Shown here one piece after another: positions 40,493-53,700 of a DNA stretch of 64,000 bases. The notes below the pieces were generated by a model, which was not told where the DNA came from, did not search any database, and saw only the letters and a program-made list of their open reading frames with translations. Each line of letters opens with the position of its first letter. The first letter of the stretch is position 1. A program made the position numbers and the translations under genes. This stretch comes from an uncultured Sutterella sp. (GTDB lineage: Bacteria > Pseudomonadota > Gammaproteobacteria > Burkholderiales > Burkholderiaceae_F), in assembly GCA_905197905.1 (NCBI GenBank), contig CAJKAP010000008.1:52460-116459 (forward strand), in the 5' to 3' direction.

Positions 40493-40524
40493 GTTCGTTG
40501 TCTATGCGAGGCTAAACTGTTCGC

Positions 40525-40791
40525 TTAGATGATCACGGCCTTCTGAAGGATCTTCGTCACCTTCCAAGACACCGTCTTGGAATAAGGACGAGATTCAGAA
40601 ATTTCAACCTTGTCACCTTCGCCACAGCCGAGTTCATCATGAGCAGCATATTTCTTGCTCTTGACGACATACTTGCCATACAACGGATGCTGAACTTTAC
40701 GTTCCACGAGGACCGTAACAGTCTTCTGCATCTTGTTGCTGACAACGATACCCTGGAGGGTATGAGTCAAAGACTGGTTTTGTTCCGTCAT
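40525..40791 (-). CDS. rpsQ: 30S ribosomal protein S17
   Basis: The product contains [20 protein letters not shown]. Confidence 0.97.
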   Translation of the reverse strand: MTEQNQSLTHTLQGIVVSNKMQKTVTVLVERKVQHPLYGKYVVKSKKYAAHDELGCGEGDKVEISESRPYSKTVSWKVTKILQKAVII

Positions 40792-40982
40792 TTCGTGGCC
40801 GCCTTTTCAGTAAGGATCGTGCGGACGCGGGCGATATCGCGACGCGTGGTACGCAACGAATTCGTGTTGGTAAGTTGCTGAGTAGCCTTTTGCATGCGGA
40901 GTTTGAATTCCGTATCCAAGAGAGCGTTCAGTTCCTGCTTGAGCGCAGCTTCATCTTTTGCGCGTAAATCTTTTGCGTTCAT
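40788..40982 (-). CDS. rpmC: 50S ribosomal protein L29
   Basis: The product starts [18 protein letters not shown] at the ATG at 40982. The track ORF extension would overlap rplP. Confidence 0.95.
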   Translation of the reverse strand: MNAKDLRAKDEAALKQELNALLDTEFKLRMQKATQQLTNTNSLRTTRRDIARVRTILTEKAATK

Positions 40983-40992
40983 GTCCGTCTCC

Positions 40993-41409
40993 TTACATGC
41001 CGATCTGGCGGACAACAAACGTGGTCTTGACTGGCAACTTAGCGGCTGCGAGAGCAAAAGCTTCGCGAGCTAACTGTTCGTCAACCCCGTCCATTTCATA
41101 AAGTACGCGGCCCGGCTGAACGAGAGCGACCCAGTATTCCGGGTTACCCTTACCGTTACCCATACGAACTTCAGCAGGCTTGCTGGAGATGGGCTTGTCC
41201 GGGAAGATACGAATCCACACGCGGCCACCACGTTTGATGTGACGAGTAATGGCACGACGAGCAGCTTCGATCTGGCGAGCCGTAATACGGCCGCGTTCCA
41301 AAGACTTCAGGCCAAAAGCGCCGAAGGAAACATTGGCACCGCGAGTAGCGAGACCATAGTTACGGCCTTTCTGGTCCTTACGATATTTGCGACGATTCGG
41401 TTGCAGCAT
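40993..41409 (-). CDS. rplP: 50S ribosomal protein L16
   Basis: The product starts [16 protein letters not shown]. Confidence 0.97.
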   Translation of the reverse strand: MLQPNRRKYRKDQKGRNYGLATRGANVSFGAFGLKSLERGRITARQIEAARRAITRHIKRGGRVWIRIFPDKPISSKPAEVRMGNGKGNPEYWVALVQPGRVLYEMDGVDEQLAREAFALAAAKLPVKTTFVVRQIGM

Positions 41410-41411
41410 CG

Positions 41412-42179
41412 TTATTCTCCGTCATTAGCGGCCTTGCGGGGCTGCTTGGTTTCATTACGACGGCCGTTGCGGCGTGCACCCGGTTTACCGGCACGGTCGC
41501 CAGGGCGACGAGCACGACGATCTTCACGAGGAGATTCGGCGGATTCCTCCTGACCGAAATCATCTCCCTTGTAAACCCAAACCTTCACACCGACCACACC
41601 GTAGGTGGTGTTGGCTTCAGAGAAGCCATAATCGATGTTGGCACGAAGGGTGTGAAGAGGCACACGACCTTCACGGTACCATTCGGAACGGGCAATATCA
41701 GCACCGTTCAAACGACCAGACGACATGATCTTGATGCCCAAGGCACCAATGCGCATGGCGTTCTGCATGGCACGTTTCATCGCACGGCGGAACATGACGC
41801 GCTTTTCCAACTGCTGCGTGATACCGTCAGCAATCAATTGAGCGTCGAGTTCCGGACGACGGACTTCTTCAATATTAATATGAACAGCCACGCCCATCAT
41901 CTTCTGCACTTCAGCCTTGATGGCTTCAATGTCAGCACCCTGCTTGCCGATTACGATACCCGGACGAGCCGTGAAAATCGTAATACGAGCAGTCTTAGCA
42001 GGACGTTCGATCAAGATGCGGCTAACACTGGCGTTGCGAAGCTTCTGAGTAAGGAACTTGCGAACAGCCAGGTCTTCACCGAGCGTGCGGGAAAAATCAC
42101 GGCCAACCGCATACCAGCGCGACGTCCAATTGCGCGTCACGGGAAGACGGAAGCCGGTGGGATTAATTTTCTGACCCAT
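41412..42179 (-). CDS. rpsC: 30S ribosomal protein S3 (with basic/acidic C-terminal extension)
   Basis: The 255-aa product starts [12 protein letters not shown]. Confidence 0.97.
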   Translation of the reverse strand: MGQKINPTGFRLPVTRNWTSRWYAVGRDFSRTLGEDLAVRKFLTQKLRNASVSRILIERPAKTARITIFTARPGIVIGKQGADIEAIKAEVQKMMGVAVHINIEEVRRPELDAQLIADGITQQLEKRVMFRRAMKRAMQNAMRIGALGIKIMSSGRLNGADIARSEWYREGRVPLHTLRANIDYGFSEANTTYGVVGVKVWVYKGDDFGQEESAESPREDRRARRPGDRAGKPGARRNGRRNETKQPRKAANDGE

Positions 42180-42188
42180 GGTACACCT

Positions 42189-42530
42189 TTATTTAGCTTT
42201 CGCGTCGCCAACAGAAATATAGATATGGCTAGTCTGCTTGTTGATGCGAGTACCGCGCCCCTTAGCACGGGCAGCGAAACGGCGCAACGTAGCAGCCTTT
42301 TCCACATGAATCTTGGTCACAACCAATTCATCAATATCAGCACCGTCATTGTGTTCCGCGTTAGCGATAGCACTTTCGAGCGCCTTCTTGATGATACCGG
42401 CGGCACGCTTCTGCGTGAAGGTAAGGATGTCGAGGGCCTTGCTCACGGGCTTACCGCGAACGAGGTCAGCAACCAAACGACCCTTCTGAGCCGAGAGGCG
42501 GACACCACGAACGATAGCAGTAGTTTCCAT
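42189..42530 (-). CDS. rplV: 50S ribosomal protein L22
   Basis: The product starts [26 protein letters not shown]. Confidence 0.97.
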   Translation of the reverse strand: METTAIVRGVRLSAQKGRLVADLVRGKPVSKALDILTFTQKRAAGIIKKALESAIANAEHNDGADIDELVVTKIHVEKAATLRRFAARAKGRGTRINKQTSHIYISVGDAKAK

Positions 42531-42809
42531 TTACTTACCCACCTTCTTATCACCGGTGGCATGGCCCTTGAACGTACGAGTCAACGCAAATTCACCGAGC
42601 TTATGACCAACCATATTTTCGTTAATGTACACCGGCACATGTTGACGGCCGTTATGAACGGCAATCGTCAAACCGATGAATTCAGGAAGAATCGTCGAGC
42701 GGCGAGACCAGGTCTTAAGCGGACGCTTGTCACGGCTAGCCTGGGCGGCTTCGACTTTCTTCATCAAGTGCCCGTCAACAAACGGGCCTTTCTTCAAAGA
42801 ACGAGACAT
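42531..42809 (-). CDS. rpsS: 30S ribosomal protein S19
   Basis: The product starts [12 protein letters not shown]. Confidence 0.97.
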   Translation of the reverse strand: MSRSLKKGPFVDGHLMKKVEAAQASRDKRPLKTWSRRSTILPEFIGLTIAVHNGRQHVPVYINENMVGHKLGEFALTRTFKGHATGDKKVGK

Positions 42810-42819
42810 TTAGGCCCCC

Positions 42820-43647
42820 TTATTTACGGTTACGACGCGTAACGATCATGGAATCAGTACGCTTGCTGTTACGAGTACGGTAACCCTTGGTAAGCTGACC
42901 CCACGGCGTGACAGGCGCACGACCCGTACCAGTCTTACCTTCGCCACCACCGTGCGGGTGGTCAACCGGGTTCATCGCCACACCACGAACGGTCGGGCGA
43001 ACACCGCGCCAACGCTTAGCACCGGCTTTGCCGAGTTCGCGAAGGCTGTTTTCTTCGTTACCAACGGTACCAACCGTTGCGCGACATTCAATAAGAACGC
43101 GGCGAACTTCGCCAGAGCGTAAACGCACCTGAGCGTAGTCACCTTCGCGAGCAACCAACTGAGCGAAAGCACCAGCAGCGCGCACCAACTGGGCGCCTTT
43201 ACCTGGCAACAATTCGATGCAGTGAATCGTCGTACCAACAGGGATATTACGGAGCGGCAACGTGTTACCAACTTTGATAGGGGATTCAGGACCATTCATG
43301 ATTTCCTGACCCACTTCAAGGCCCTTCGGAGCGATGATATAGCTACGTTCGCCGTCCTTATAGAGGACGAGAGCGATGTTAGCGGAACGGTTCGGGTCGT
43401 ATTCAATACGTTCGACACGAGCCGGAACACCATCCTTCAAACGCTTGAAGTCGATAATACGATAAGCGCGCTTGTGACCACCACCCTTATGACGGCAGGT
43501 GATGTGACCATTATTATTGCGACCAGATCCGCGGTTCTTCTTTTCTGTTAACGATGCCCAGGGCTTGCCCTTGTGCAATTCTTTGTTAACAACCTTAACC
43601 GCATGACGGCGACCGGCGGACGTCGGCTTGAGTTTGACGAGAGCCAT
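42820..43647 (-). CDS. rplB: 50S ribosomal protein L2
   Basis: The product contains [14 protein letters not shown] and GGGHKRAYR. Confidence 0.97.
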   Translation of the reverse strand: MALVKLKPTSAGRRHAVKVVNKELHKGKPWASLTEKKNRGSGRNNNGHITCRHKGGGHKRAYRIIDFKRLKDGVPARVERIEYDPNRSANIALVLYKDGERSYIIAPKGLEVGQEIMNGPESPIKVGNTLPLRNIPVGTTIHCIELLPGKGAQLVRAAGAFAQLVAREGDYAQVRLRSGEVRRVLIECRATVGTVGNEENSLRELGKAGAKRWRGVRPTVRGVAMNPVDHPHGGGEGKTGTGRAPVTPWGQLTKGYRTRNSKRTDSMIVTRRNRK

Positions 43648-43946
43648 TACTTCACCTCTTGCGCGAAGTTAATTTCTTGACCTTCAGCAAGGGTCACATA
43701 GGCCTTACGCACATCGTTGCGTTTGCCCATGAAGCGACCAAAGCGCTTCTGCTTACCCTTGAGGTTAAGAATTTGAACAGACTTGACCTGCACTTTGAAG
43801 AGCAGTTCAACAGCAGCTTTCACTTCCACCTTGTTGGCGTCCGGAAGGACTTCGAACAAAGCTTGGTTAAGCTTCTCAGCAACCATCGTGCTCTTTTCGG
43901 AGATAACCGGAGCAACGAGGACCTTTAAAAGACGTTCCTGGTTCAT
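43647..43946 (-). CDS. rplW: 50S ribosomal protein L23
   Basis: The 99-aa product contains [14 protein letters not shown]. Confidence 0.96.
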   Translation of the reverse strand: MNQERLLKVLVAPVISEKSTMVAEKLNQALFEVLPDANKVEVKAAVELLFKVQVKSVQILNLKGKQKRFGRFMGKRNDVRKAYVTLAEGQEINFAQEVK

Positions 43947-44560
43947 GCCAACATCTCCTCAATCTGAGCCACGGCAGCCTTCGTCGCAACAACCTTGTCA
44001 TAGAAGAGCAAGGAGAGCGGATCAGCATAACGCGGGGTAACAACCAACACGTTCTTCAAGTTGCGGGAAGCAAGGAAGAGGTTGTCGGTGTCTTCTTCTT
44101 TACCGATGAGAACAAGAACCTTACCGGTCAAACCGAGAGTCTTCAACTGTTCGGCAAAAGCTTTCGTCTTCGGAAGATCAACCTTGATGGTTTCAATCAC
44201 AGAGAAACGATCGTCAGCCACGAGCTTCGAGTAAATCGAGGCCATAGCAGCACGGAACATCTTCTTATTAACCTTCTGGCTGAAATTTTCATCCGGGGAG
44301 TTCGGGAAAGCACGACCACCACTACGCCACACTGGAGAAGAGGTCATACCGGAACGAGCACGACCGGTACCCTTCTGACGCCAGGGCTTTTTGGTGGAAT
44401 GATGCACTTCAGCACGCGTCAATTGAGCGCGCGTACCGAGACGAGCATTGGCCTGGAAAGCAACCACAATCTGGTGCACCAGGGCTTCGTTGTATTCACG
44501 ACCGAACACAGCGTCAGTCGCCGAGACTTTACTTTGTTCGTTCAGGACATTGAGTTCCAT
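43943..44560 (-). CDS. rplD: 50S ribosomal protein L4
   Basis: The product contains [15 protein letters not shown]. Confidence 0.97.
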   Translation of the reverse strand: MELNVLNEQSKVSATDAVFGREYNEALVHQIVVAFQANARLGTRAQLTRAEVHHSTKKPWRQKGTGRARSGMTSSPVWRSGGRAFPNSPDENFSQKVNKKMFRAAMASIYSKLVADDRFSVIETIKVDLPKTKAFAEQLKTLGLTGKVLVLIGKEEDTDNLFLASRNLKNVLVVTPRYADPLSLLFYDKVVATKAAVAQIEEMLA

Positions 44561-44571
44561 TATTTCGCTCC

Positions 44572-45216
44572 TTACGCCTTAACAGCCGGACGCACGATAA
44601 CTTCGCCGCCCTTAGCGCCAGGAACGGCACCACGGACCAACAAAAGCTGACGTTCAACGTCAACGCGTGCGATCACGAGATTCTGAGTCGTACGCTGCAC
44701 ATCGCCCAAATGACCGGCCATACGCTTACCGGGGAACACGCGACCCGGATCCTGACGGTTACCGATGGAACCAGGAGCACGAGTCGTGACAGAGTTACCG
44801 TGAGATGCACGGTTGGACGAGAAGTGGTGGCGTTTGATAGCACCAGCGAAACCCTTACCGATGGTCGTGCCCGTCACGTCAACCTTCTGGCCAACCGTGA
44901 ACATGTCAGCAGACAAAGCCTGGCCGACCTTAAAGTCGCCAACCTTTTCAGCATCGATATGGAACTCTTTGAGCAGGCTGCCAGCTTCAACGCCAGCTTT
45001 GCCATAGTGCCCTGCAAGGGGCTTGCTCACGCGCGAGGGCTTCTTAGAGCCGAACGCGACTTGAATTGCATTATAGCCGTCGGTTTCTTCCGTCTTCACC
45101 ATCGTGACACGGTTGTTCGACACATCAACGACAGTCACGGGCACGGACACGCCGTCTTCCGTGAAAATACGCGTCATGCCGATCTTACGACCGACGAGGC
45201 CGAGCTTATCACTCAT
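44572..45216 (-). CDS. rplC: 50S ribosomal protein L3
   Basis: The product starts [18 protein letters not shown] at the ATG at 45216, with a GGAG upstream. The track start at 45228 is a GTG. Confidence 0.96.
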   Translation of the reverse strand: MSDKLGLVGRKIGMTRIFTEDGVSVPVTVVDVSNNRVTMVKTEETDGYNAIQVAFGSKKPSRVSKPLAGHYGKAGVEAGSLLKEFHIDAEKVGDFKVGQALSADMFTVGQKVDVTGTTIGKGFAGAIKRHHFSSNRASHGNSVTTRAPGSIGNRQDPGRVFPGKRMAGHLGDVQRTTQNLVIARVDVERQLLLVRGAVPGAKGGEVIVRPAVKA

Positions 45217-45386
45217 TGTTTTCTCCACCCCGGCTACGATTGGCCGGGACCGTTTTATGAAAAGACCACAAAGAAATCGAGTAAAAGATTCGATTTCGGT
45301 GGGCAGAAAAGGGCAATTTTAACTGCGACAATGATCCTTTGCAACCGAAGTTACTAGGTTTTTCATTGTGTTAGTGCAATTGGAAA

Positions 45387-45698
45387 TTACTGAACCTTGA
45401 TCTTGACATCAACACCAGCAGGAAGGTCGAGCTTCATGAGAGCATCAACCGTCTTATCGGTCGGATCAACGATGTCCATAAGACGCTGGTGGGTACGAAT
45501 CTCAAGCTGATCACGACTGGTCTTGTTCACGTGAGGGGAACGAAGAATGTCGAAGCGCTGAATACGGTTCGGAAGAGGAACCGGACCACGAACAACAGCA
45601 CCAGTGCGCTTGGCGGTTTCAACGATTTCCAAAGCAGACTGATCGATCAACTTGTAGTCGAAAGACTTGAGACGAATGCGAATGCGCTGAGATTGCAT
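45387..45698 (-). CDS. rpsJ: 30S ribosomal protein S10
   Basis: The product starts [14 protein letters not shown]. Confidence 0.97.
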   Translation of the reverse strand: MQSQRIRIRLKSFDYKLIDQSALEIVETAKRTGAVVRGPVPLPNRIQRFDILRSPHVNKTSRDQLEIRTHQRLMDIVDPTDKTVDALMKLDLPAGVDVKIKVQ

Positions 45699-45711
45699 TT
45701 GCTTAATCCTT

Positions 45712-45764
45712 TAAAAAGAACAAAAAAAGAACATAGGGGGCGGAGTATACAACCCCGCCCCCTA
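45712..45764 (-). terminator. Terminator/attenuator hairpin between tuf and rpsJ
   Basis: A 10-bp GC-rich stem TAGGGGGCGG / CCGCCCCCTA is followed by TGTTCTTTTTTTGTTCTTTTT and ends about 15 nt before the rpsJ ATG. The position resembles the L4-responsive S10 leader attenuator of E. coli, which is an inference only. Confidence 0.65.
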
Positions 45765-45794
45765 GTTTATCAAGTCAAAACTCGATATTTTTTA

Positions 45795-46985
45795 TTATTC
45801 GATGATGGAAGCAACGACGCCAGCACCGACGGTGTGACCACCTTCACGGATAGCGAAGCGAAGACCCTGTTCCATAGCGATCGGGCAAATCAACTTCACC
45901 GTCATCTGAATGTTGTCGCCAGGCATAACCATGTCGACACCTTCCGGCAATTCGATCGTGCCAGTCACGTCCGTCGTACGGAAGTAGAACTGCGGACGAT
46001 AGCCCTTGAAGAACGGGGTATGACGACCACCTTCTTCCTTCGTCAAAACGTAAACTTCGCCCTTGAAGTGGGTGTGCGGGGTGATCGTGCCTGGCTTAGC
46101 GAGAACCTGACCACGTTCCACATCTTCACGCTTCGTGCCGCGCAAGAGAATACCGACGTTATCGCCAGCTTCACCCTGATCGAGCAACTTACGGAACATT
46201 TCCACGCCAGTGCAAGTCGTCTTCGTCGTCGGCTTGATACCAACGATTTCGATTTCTTCACCAACCTTGATCACGCCACGTTCGACACGACCCGTCACCA
46301 CGGTACCACGACCAGAAATGGAGAACACGTCTTCAATCGGCATCAAGAACGGCTGGTCAACAGCACGTTCCGGAGTCGGGATGTAGGAGTCGAGCGTTTC
46401 AGCCAACTTCAAGATGGCTGGTTCGCCCAACGGGCTCTGGTCGCCTTCGAGAGCGAGCTTGGCGGAACCCTTAACGATCGGAAGATCATCACCCGGGAAG
46501 TCGTAGTTGGAGAGCAATTCACGCACTTCCATTTCCACGAGTTCGAGCAATTCTTCATCGTCAACCATATCGCACTTGTTCAAGAACACGATGATGTAGG
46601 GAACACCCACCTGACGAGCCAAAAGAATGTGTTCGCGAGTCTGGGGCATAGGACCGTCAGCTGCGGAAACCACGAGAATGGCGCCGTCCATCTGGGCAGC
46701 ACCCGTAATCATGTTCTTCACATAGTCGGCGTGACCCGGACAGTCAACGTGGGCGTAGTGGCGAGTAGCCGTTTCGTATTCCACGTGAGCCGTGTTAATG
46801 GTAATACCACGAGCCTTTTCTTCAGGAGCTGCGTCGATCTGATCATAGCCCTTGGCTTCACCGCCGAAGTGCTTCGACAAAATCGTCGTAATAGCAGCCG
46901 TCAACGTGGTCTTACCATGGTCCACGTGACCAATCGTGCCCACGTTAACGTGGGGCTTTGTACGTTCAAACTTACCCTTGGCCAT
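45795..46985 (-). CDS. tuf: Elongation factor Tu (copy 1, str operon)
   Basis: The 396-aa product contains [27 protein letters not shown]. Confidence 0.98.
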   Translation of the reverse strand: MAKGKFERTKPHVNVGTIGHVDHGKTTLTAAITTILSKHFGGEAKGYDQIDAAPEEKARGITINTAHVEYETATRHYAHVDCPGHADYVKNMITGAAQMDGAILVVSAADGPMPQTREHILLARQVGVPYIIVFLNKCDMVDDEELLELVEMEVRELLSNYDFPGDDLPIVKGSAKLALEGDQSPLGEPAILKLAETLDSYIPTPERAVDQPFLMPIEDVFSISGRGTVVTGRVERGVIKVGEEIEIVGIKPTTKTTCTGVEMFRKLLDQGEAGDNVGILLRGTKREDVERGQVLAKPGTITPHTHFKGEVYVLTKEEGGRHTPFFKGYRPQFYFRTTDVTGTIELPEGVDMVMPGDNIQMTVKLICPIAMEQGLRFAIREGGHTVGAGVVASIIE

Positions 46986-47033
46986 TTTAGGTCCTTGTAG
47001 TGTAAATTGTTAAAGAAATACGTTAGTGCAAAA

Positions 47034-49139
<2,106 letters not shown>

Positions 49140-49202
49140 TTAAGGTTCCTCACAATCTTTGTTGCACGAAGTGTCAATTCTCCGTGCAACGAGTTTTCAA
49201 TA

Positions 49203-49673
49203 TTAGAAACGGAAGTGGGAGAAGGCCTTGTTGGCTTCAGCCATACGATGGACTTCATCACGCTTCTTCATAGCGCCACCACGACCTTCAGCGGCTTCAA
49301 TCAATTCGCCAGCGAGACGCTGCGGCATCGACTTTTCAGAACGCTTCTTGGCGGATTCACGCAACCAGCGCATTGCCAAGGCCATACGACGAACGGGGCG
49401 CACTTCGACCGGGACCTGATAGTTCGCACCGCCAACGCGGCGGGATTTCACTTCCACCAACGGACGGACGTTGTTGAGTGCGGTGGTGAACACTTCAAGA
49501 GCATTCTTACCGGTCTTTTCTTCGATCTGTTCGAGGGCACCATAAACGATGCGTTCAGCCACAGCCTTCTTGCCATCGAGCATGATCACGTTAACAAATT
49601 TGGTAATTTCGACGCTGCCGAACTTCGGATCAGGCAGCACTTCGCGTTTTGGTACTTCGCGACGACGGGGCAT
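49203..49673 (-). CDS. rpsG: 30S ribosomal protein S7
   Basis: The product starts [18 protein letters not shown]. Confidence 0.97.
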   Translation of the reverse strand: MPRRREVPKREVLPDPKFGSVEITKFVNVIMLDGKKAVAERIVYGALEQIEEKTGKNALEVFTTALNNVRPLVEVKSRRVGGANYQVPVEVRPVRRMALAMRWLRESAKKRSEKSMPQRLAGELIEAAEGRGGAMKKRDEVHRMAEANKAFSHFRF

Positions 49674-49820
49674 TTTAAATTTCCTTTCGTGTCTTCAGTC
49701 AATCTCAATCTTTAAAAAGAGAATTGAGCAGATTGAGATGTATTAAAAATGTGATCGCATAGATCACGACTTACTCGGTCAAATAAATTGACCGTTTGTC
49801 CACGGCGCAACGCCGCGAAA

Positions 49821-50198
49821 TTAGCCGTTCTTCGGGCGCTTAGCACCGTACTTCGAACGAGCCTGTTTACGATCCTTGACGCCCTGCGTATCGAGGGAGC
49901 CACGAACAATGTGGTAACGCACACCAGGCAAGTCTTTCACACGACCGCCGCGGATGAGCACGACCGAGTGTTCCTGCAAGTTGTGGCCTTCACCACCAAT
50001 ATAAGAAATGACCTCAAAGCCGTTGGTCAAACGCACCTTGGCAACCTTACGAAGAGCAGAGTTCGGCTTCTTCGGGGTCGTCGTGTACACACGCGTACAA
50101 ACACCACGCTTCTGCGGGCAGTTCTTCAACGCGGGGCTCTTACTTTTATCGTGAGTAAGCTCACGTGGCTTGCGAACAAGCTGATTAATAGTAGGCAT
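49821..50198 (-). CDS. rpsL: 30S ribosomal protein S12
   Basis: The product contains [12 protein letters not shown] and [10 protein letters not shown]. Confidence 0.97.
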   Translation of the reverse strand: MPTINQLVRKPRELTHDKSKSPALKNCPQKRGVCTRVYTTTPKKPNSALRKVAKVRLTNGFEVISYIGGEGHNLQEHSVVLIRGGRVKDLPGVRYHIVRGSLDTQGVKDRKQARSKYGAKRPKNG

Positions 50199-50727
50199 AA
50201 ACGTCCGTCTAAATTGTTAATAAGTTAAGCACTTTGGTACTTAACTCGATAAGGTTGAATCGTCAAGAAAGAACAATTCCTTTCAAGACTTCGCATGCTT
50301 TCATTTATCTTCAACGCAAGAAATAAAGTATCAAGGCTGATTCCTACAGAGTTTTCGCCGATAAAAAACTTTCCTGTAGCGAAAGCGGTGAATAGCTTTT
50401 TATGGAAAATTCCACAATTAGCGCATCATGCACGGTCTTTCTGAGACCGTTTCGGCTTTTATTCGTCACCCCTCTCTGCCTGAGAGACAGAGAAAAGCAC
50501 GAGTCCGGGGCCAGCGTTTTTTGGGTGGGGTATTCCATCCGAAGAGCCTAGTCTCATAGTGGATTTGGCGATTCGTTAGAGACTCCGATCCCCAGAAAAC
50601 AACAGATTTTCAATCAAATCAAGGGCATTGTCAAGTAGTTCATGAACTTTTCTTTATCTATGTATATCCATGAATCTTTACTAGTAGTGCTCATTGATTG
50701 TGCGAGAAGGATTTACCCCGCGTTAGT

Positions 50728-50767
50728 AATGAAAATGGGCCAACCACCCAAAAGGAACGGTTGACCC
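50728..50767 (-). terminator. Rho-independent terminator after rpoC
   Basis: On the mRNA strand, GGGTCAACC / GGTTGGCCC forms a 9-bp stem with one G-U pair and a 13-nt loop, followed by ATTTTCATT. Confidence 0.55.
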
Positions 50768-50792
50768 ACTTTGTTACGATCGTTACCTTACA

Positions 50793-53700
50793 TTAACTAC
50801 GCTTTTTATCCGAATCGGGTTCAAGCGTATCTAACGAGGTCGTCAAAGGCTGGCTCAAAGCAGCAAACGGATCGGCAGAGCTTGCTTCATCGTTGTAGAA
50901 CGGATCCGCGGCTTGAGCTTCGAGGCGTGCAGCCTGTTCTTCTTCAAGACGTTTTTCCATTTCACGGGCTTTGTGGGCCTGGTGATAAGCTAAACCAGTA
51001 CCAGCGGGGATCAAACGACCCACAATCACATTTTCCTTCAAGCCACGAAGCTCATCGCGTTTACCCATAATGGCCGCTTCGGTCAACACACGCGTAGTTT
51101 CCTGGAAAGAAGCTGCGGAGATGAAGCTGTCCGTAGATAAGGAGGCCTTCGTAATACCCAACAGAACGTTGTCATAGCTAGCAGGGCGCTGACCCAAGGC
51201 AACCACGCGATCGTTTTCGTCGAGCATTTCAGAGCGTTCAACCTGTTCCCCCTGAATGAAGTGAGTATCACCAGGATCGGTGATGGAGACACGACGCAAC
51301 ATCTGGCGAACGATCACTTCGATGTGCTTGTCGTTAATCTTCACACCCTGCAGGCGATACACGTCTTGCACTTCATCAACGATGTAACGAGCGAGTTCTT
51401 CGATACCTAAGAGACGAAGAATATCATGTGGATCCACTGGACCGTCCACAATTTCTTCCCCCTTCTGGACAACTTGACCATCATGCACGAGCACGGTCTT
51501 GTCCTTGCTCACCAAGGTTTCGTGAGCAACACCATCACTGCTCGTGATGATCAAACGCTGCTTACCCTTGGTTTCCTTACCGAAGGTAACTGTACCGGTC
51601 ACCTCAGCGAGCATGCCTGCATCCTTCGGACTACGGGCTTCGAAGAGTTCAGCCACACGCGGCAGACCGCCTGTAATGTCTCGAGTCTTCTGCGATTCGG
51701 TCGGGATACGAGCCAAAACTTCACCCATGCCAATTTCTTGACCGTCACGCACCACAATGAGAGCGCCAACAGGCAATTGAATCGTCACTGCGTGGTCCGT
51801 TCCAGGGATCTTCACTTCGTTGCCGTCAGCATCTAAGAGGTGAACCATCGGACGCATAACGTTAGTTGAGGAACCCTTACCCTTACCAATCTTGGTCGAG
51901 CGTTTCGGGTCGATAACCACCAAGCTAGACAGACCCGTCACTTCGTCCACCTGATTCATCACGGTGACGTTGTCGACAATGTTTTCAAACTTGATAGTAC
52001 CAGCGTATTCCGTGATAATTGGGCGCGTCATCGGATCCCAGTTGGCCAACATCTGACCAGCCTTGATCTCCTGATCTGGACGAACGAGCAACGTAGCGCC
52101 GTATGGAACCTTATGGCGTTCACGTTCACGACCGTTGTCGGTAATGATGATTTCGCCAGAGCGAGAAATCACCACTAAGTCACCCTTAGCGGACTTCACA
52201 TAACGCATTGCGGAAGAATAGCCGACCATACCAGCTGACTTCGCTTCAACGCTAGAAGCCACAGCAGCACGAGAGGCAGCACCCCCAATGTGGAACGTAC
52301 GCATCGTCAACTGAGTACCTGGCTCACCGATAGACTGAGCGGCGATCACGCCAACAGATTCACCAGAATTCACCAGGGTGCCACGACCTAAGTCACGACC
52401 GTAGCACTTAGCGCACAAACCATAACGAGTTTCACAAGTGAGCGGAGTGCGAACCTTGATCATGTCGATACCGATTTCATCAATCAAATCGCAGTAATCT
52501 TCGTCGATCAAAGTACCTGCAGGAATGACCAATTCATGCGTATCTGGGTGTTCGACGTCAACAGCCGTCACACGGCCCAAGACGCGATCACGCAAGGCCT
52601 GAATCACTTCACCACCTTCGACGAGGGCGCGCATTTCAACGCCGTGTTCCGTACCACAATCGGTATCCGTCACGACCAAGTCCTGCGTCACGTCAACGAG
52701 ACGACGAGTCAAGTAACCTGAGTTAGCCGTCTTCAAGGCCGTGTCAGCCAAACCCTTACGGGCACCGTGGGTCGAAATAAAGTACTGAAGCACGTTCAGA
52801 CCTTCACGGAAGTTTGCAGTAATCGGGGTTTCAATAATGGAGCCGTCTGGCTTAGCCATCAAACCACGCATACCAGCCAACTGACGAATCTGAGCGGCGG
52901 AACCACGAGCACCAGAGTCAGCCATCATATAGACGCTGTTAAACGATTCCTGACGAACCTTCTTACCGTGACGATCGATCGTGGGTTCGGTAGAGAGCTC
53001 TTGCATCATCACCTTACCCACCTGATCAGCTGTACGACCCCAGATGTCTACCACCTTGTTGTAGCGTTCACCCTGAGTCACAAGACCGGAGGTGTACTGG
53101 GCTTCGATTTCTTTCACTTCTTGCTCAGCAGCCCGAACCAACTGTTCCTTCTGAGCTGGTACCGTCATGTCGCCCACGCAGATGGAAATACCGGCGCGAG
53201 TAGAGAGACGATAACCGTTGTTCTTCAAGTTGTCAGCGAAAAGAACAGTCGCACGCAAACCGCACTTACGGAAGCAGCGGTTGATCAAGCGAGCGATTTC
53301 CTTCTTTTTCATCGTGACGTTCAACTCAGCAAAGCTCATCCCTTCAGGGAGGATTTCGGAGAGGAGCGCACGACCGACCGTGGTTTCATAGCGCACGATC
53401 TTCGGAGTCTTTTCACCAGTCTTCTTGTCGATTTCGTATTCTTTAATACGAACCGTACAACGCGTCTGGAGTTCAACAACCTTGTTGTCCCAAGCACGTT
53501 GCACTTCGGCAATGTCGGCAAAGAACATCCCTTCGCCCTTGCCGTTAATCTTTTCGCGCGTAGCGTAATAAAGACCCAACACCATGTCTTGAGACGGAAC
53601 GATGGAAGGATCGCCGTTAGCTGGGAAAAGAACGTTGTTCGAGGCGAGCATCAAGCTACGTGCTTCGAGCTGTGCTTCTAACGAAAGAGGCACGTGAACA

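Noticed and set aside
33622-42842. Plus-strand ORFs of 150-400 aa across the alpha, spc and S10 operons (for example 33622-34386, 37357-38226, 38762-39508, 41652-42842)
   Set aside because: Each lies antisense to contiguous ribosomal protein genes. The long open frames are expected from stop-codon depletion opposite biased coding sequence.
50344-50538. 64-aa minus-strand ORF in the rpoC-rpsL gap
   Set aside because: It has no Shine-Dalgarno and spans several hairpins, and its product is not recognisable. I treat it as non-coding, and the gap is reported as a finding instead.
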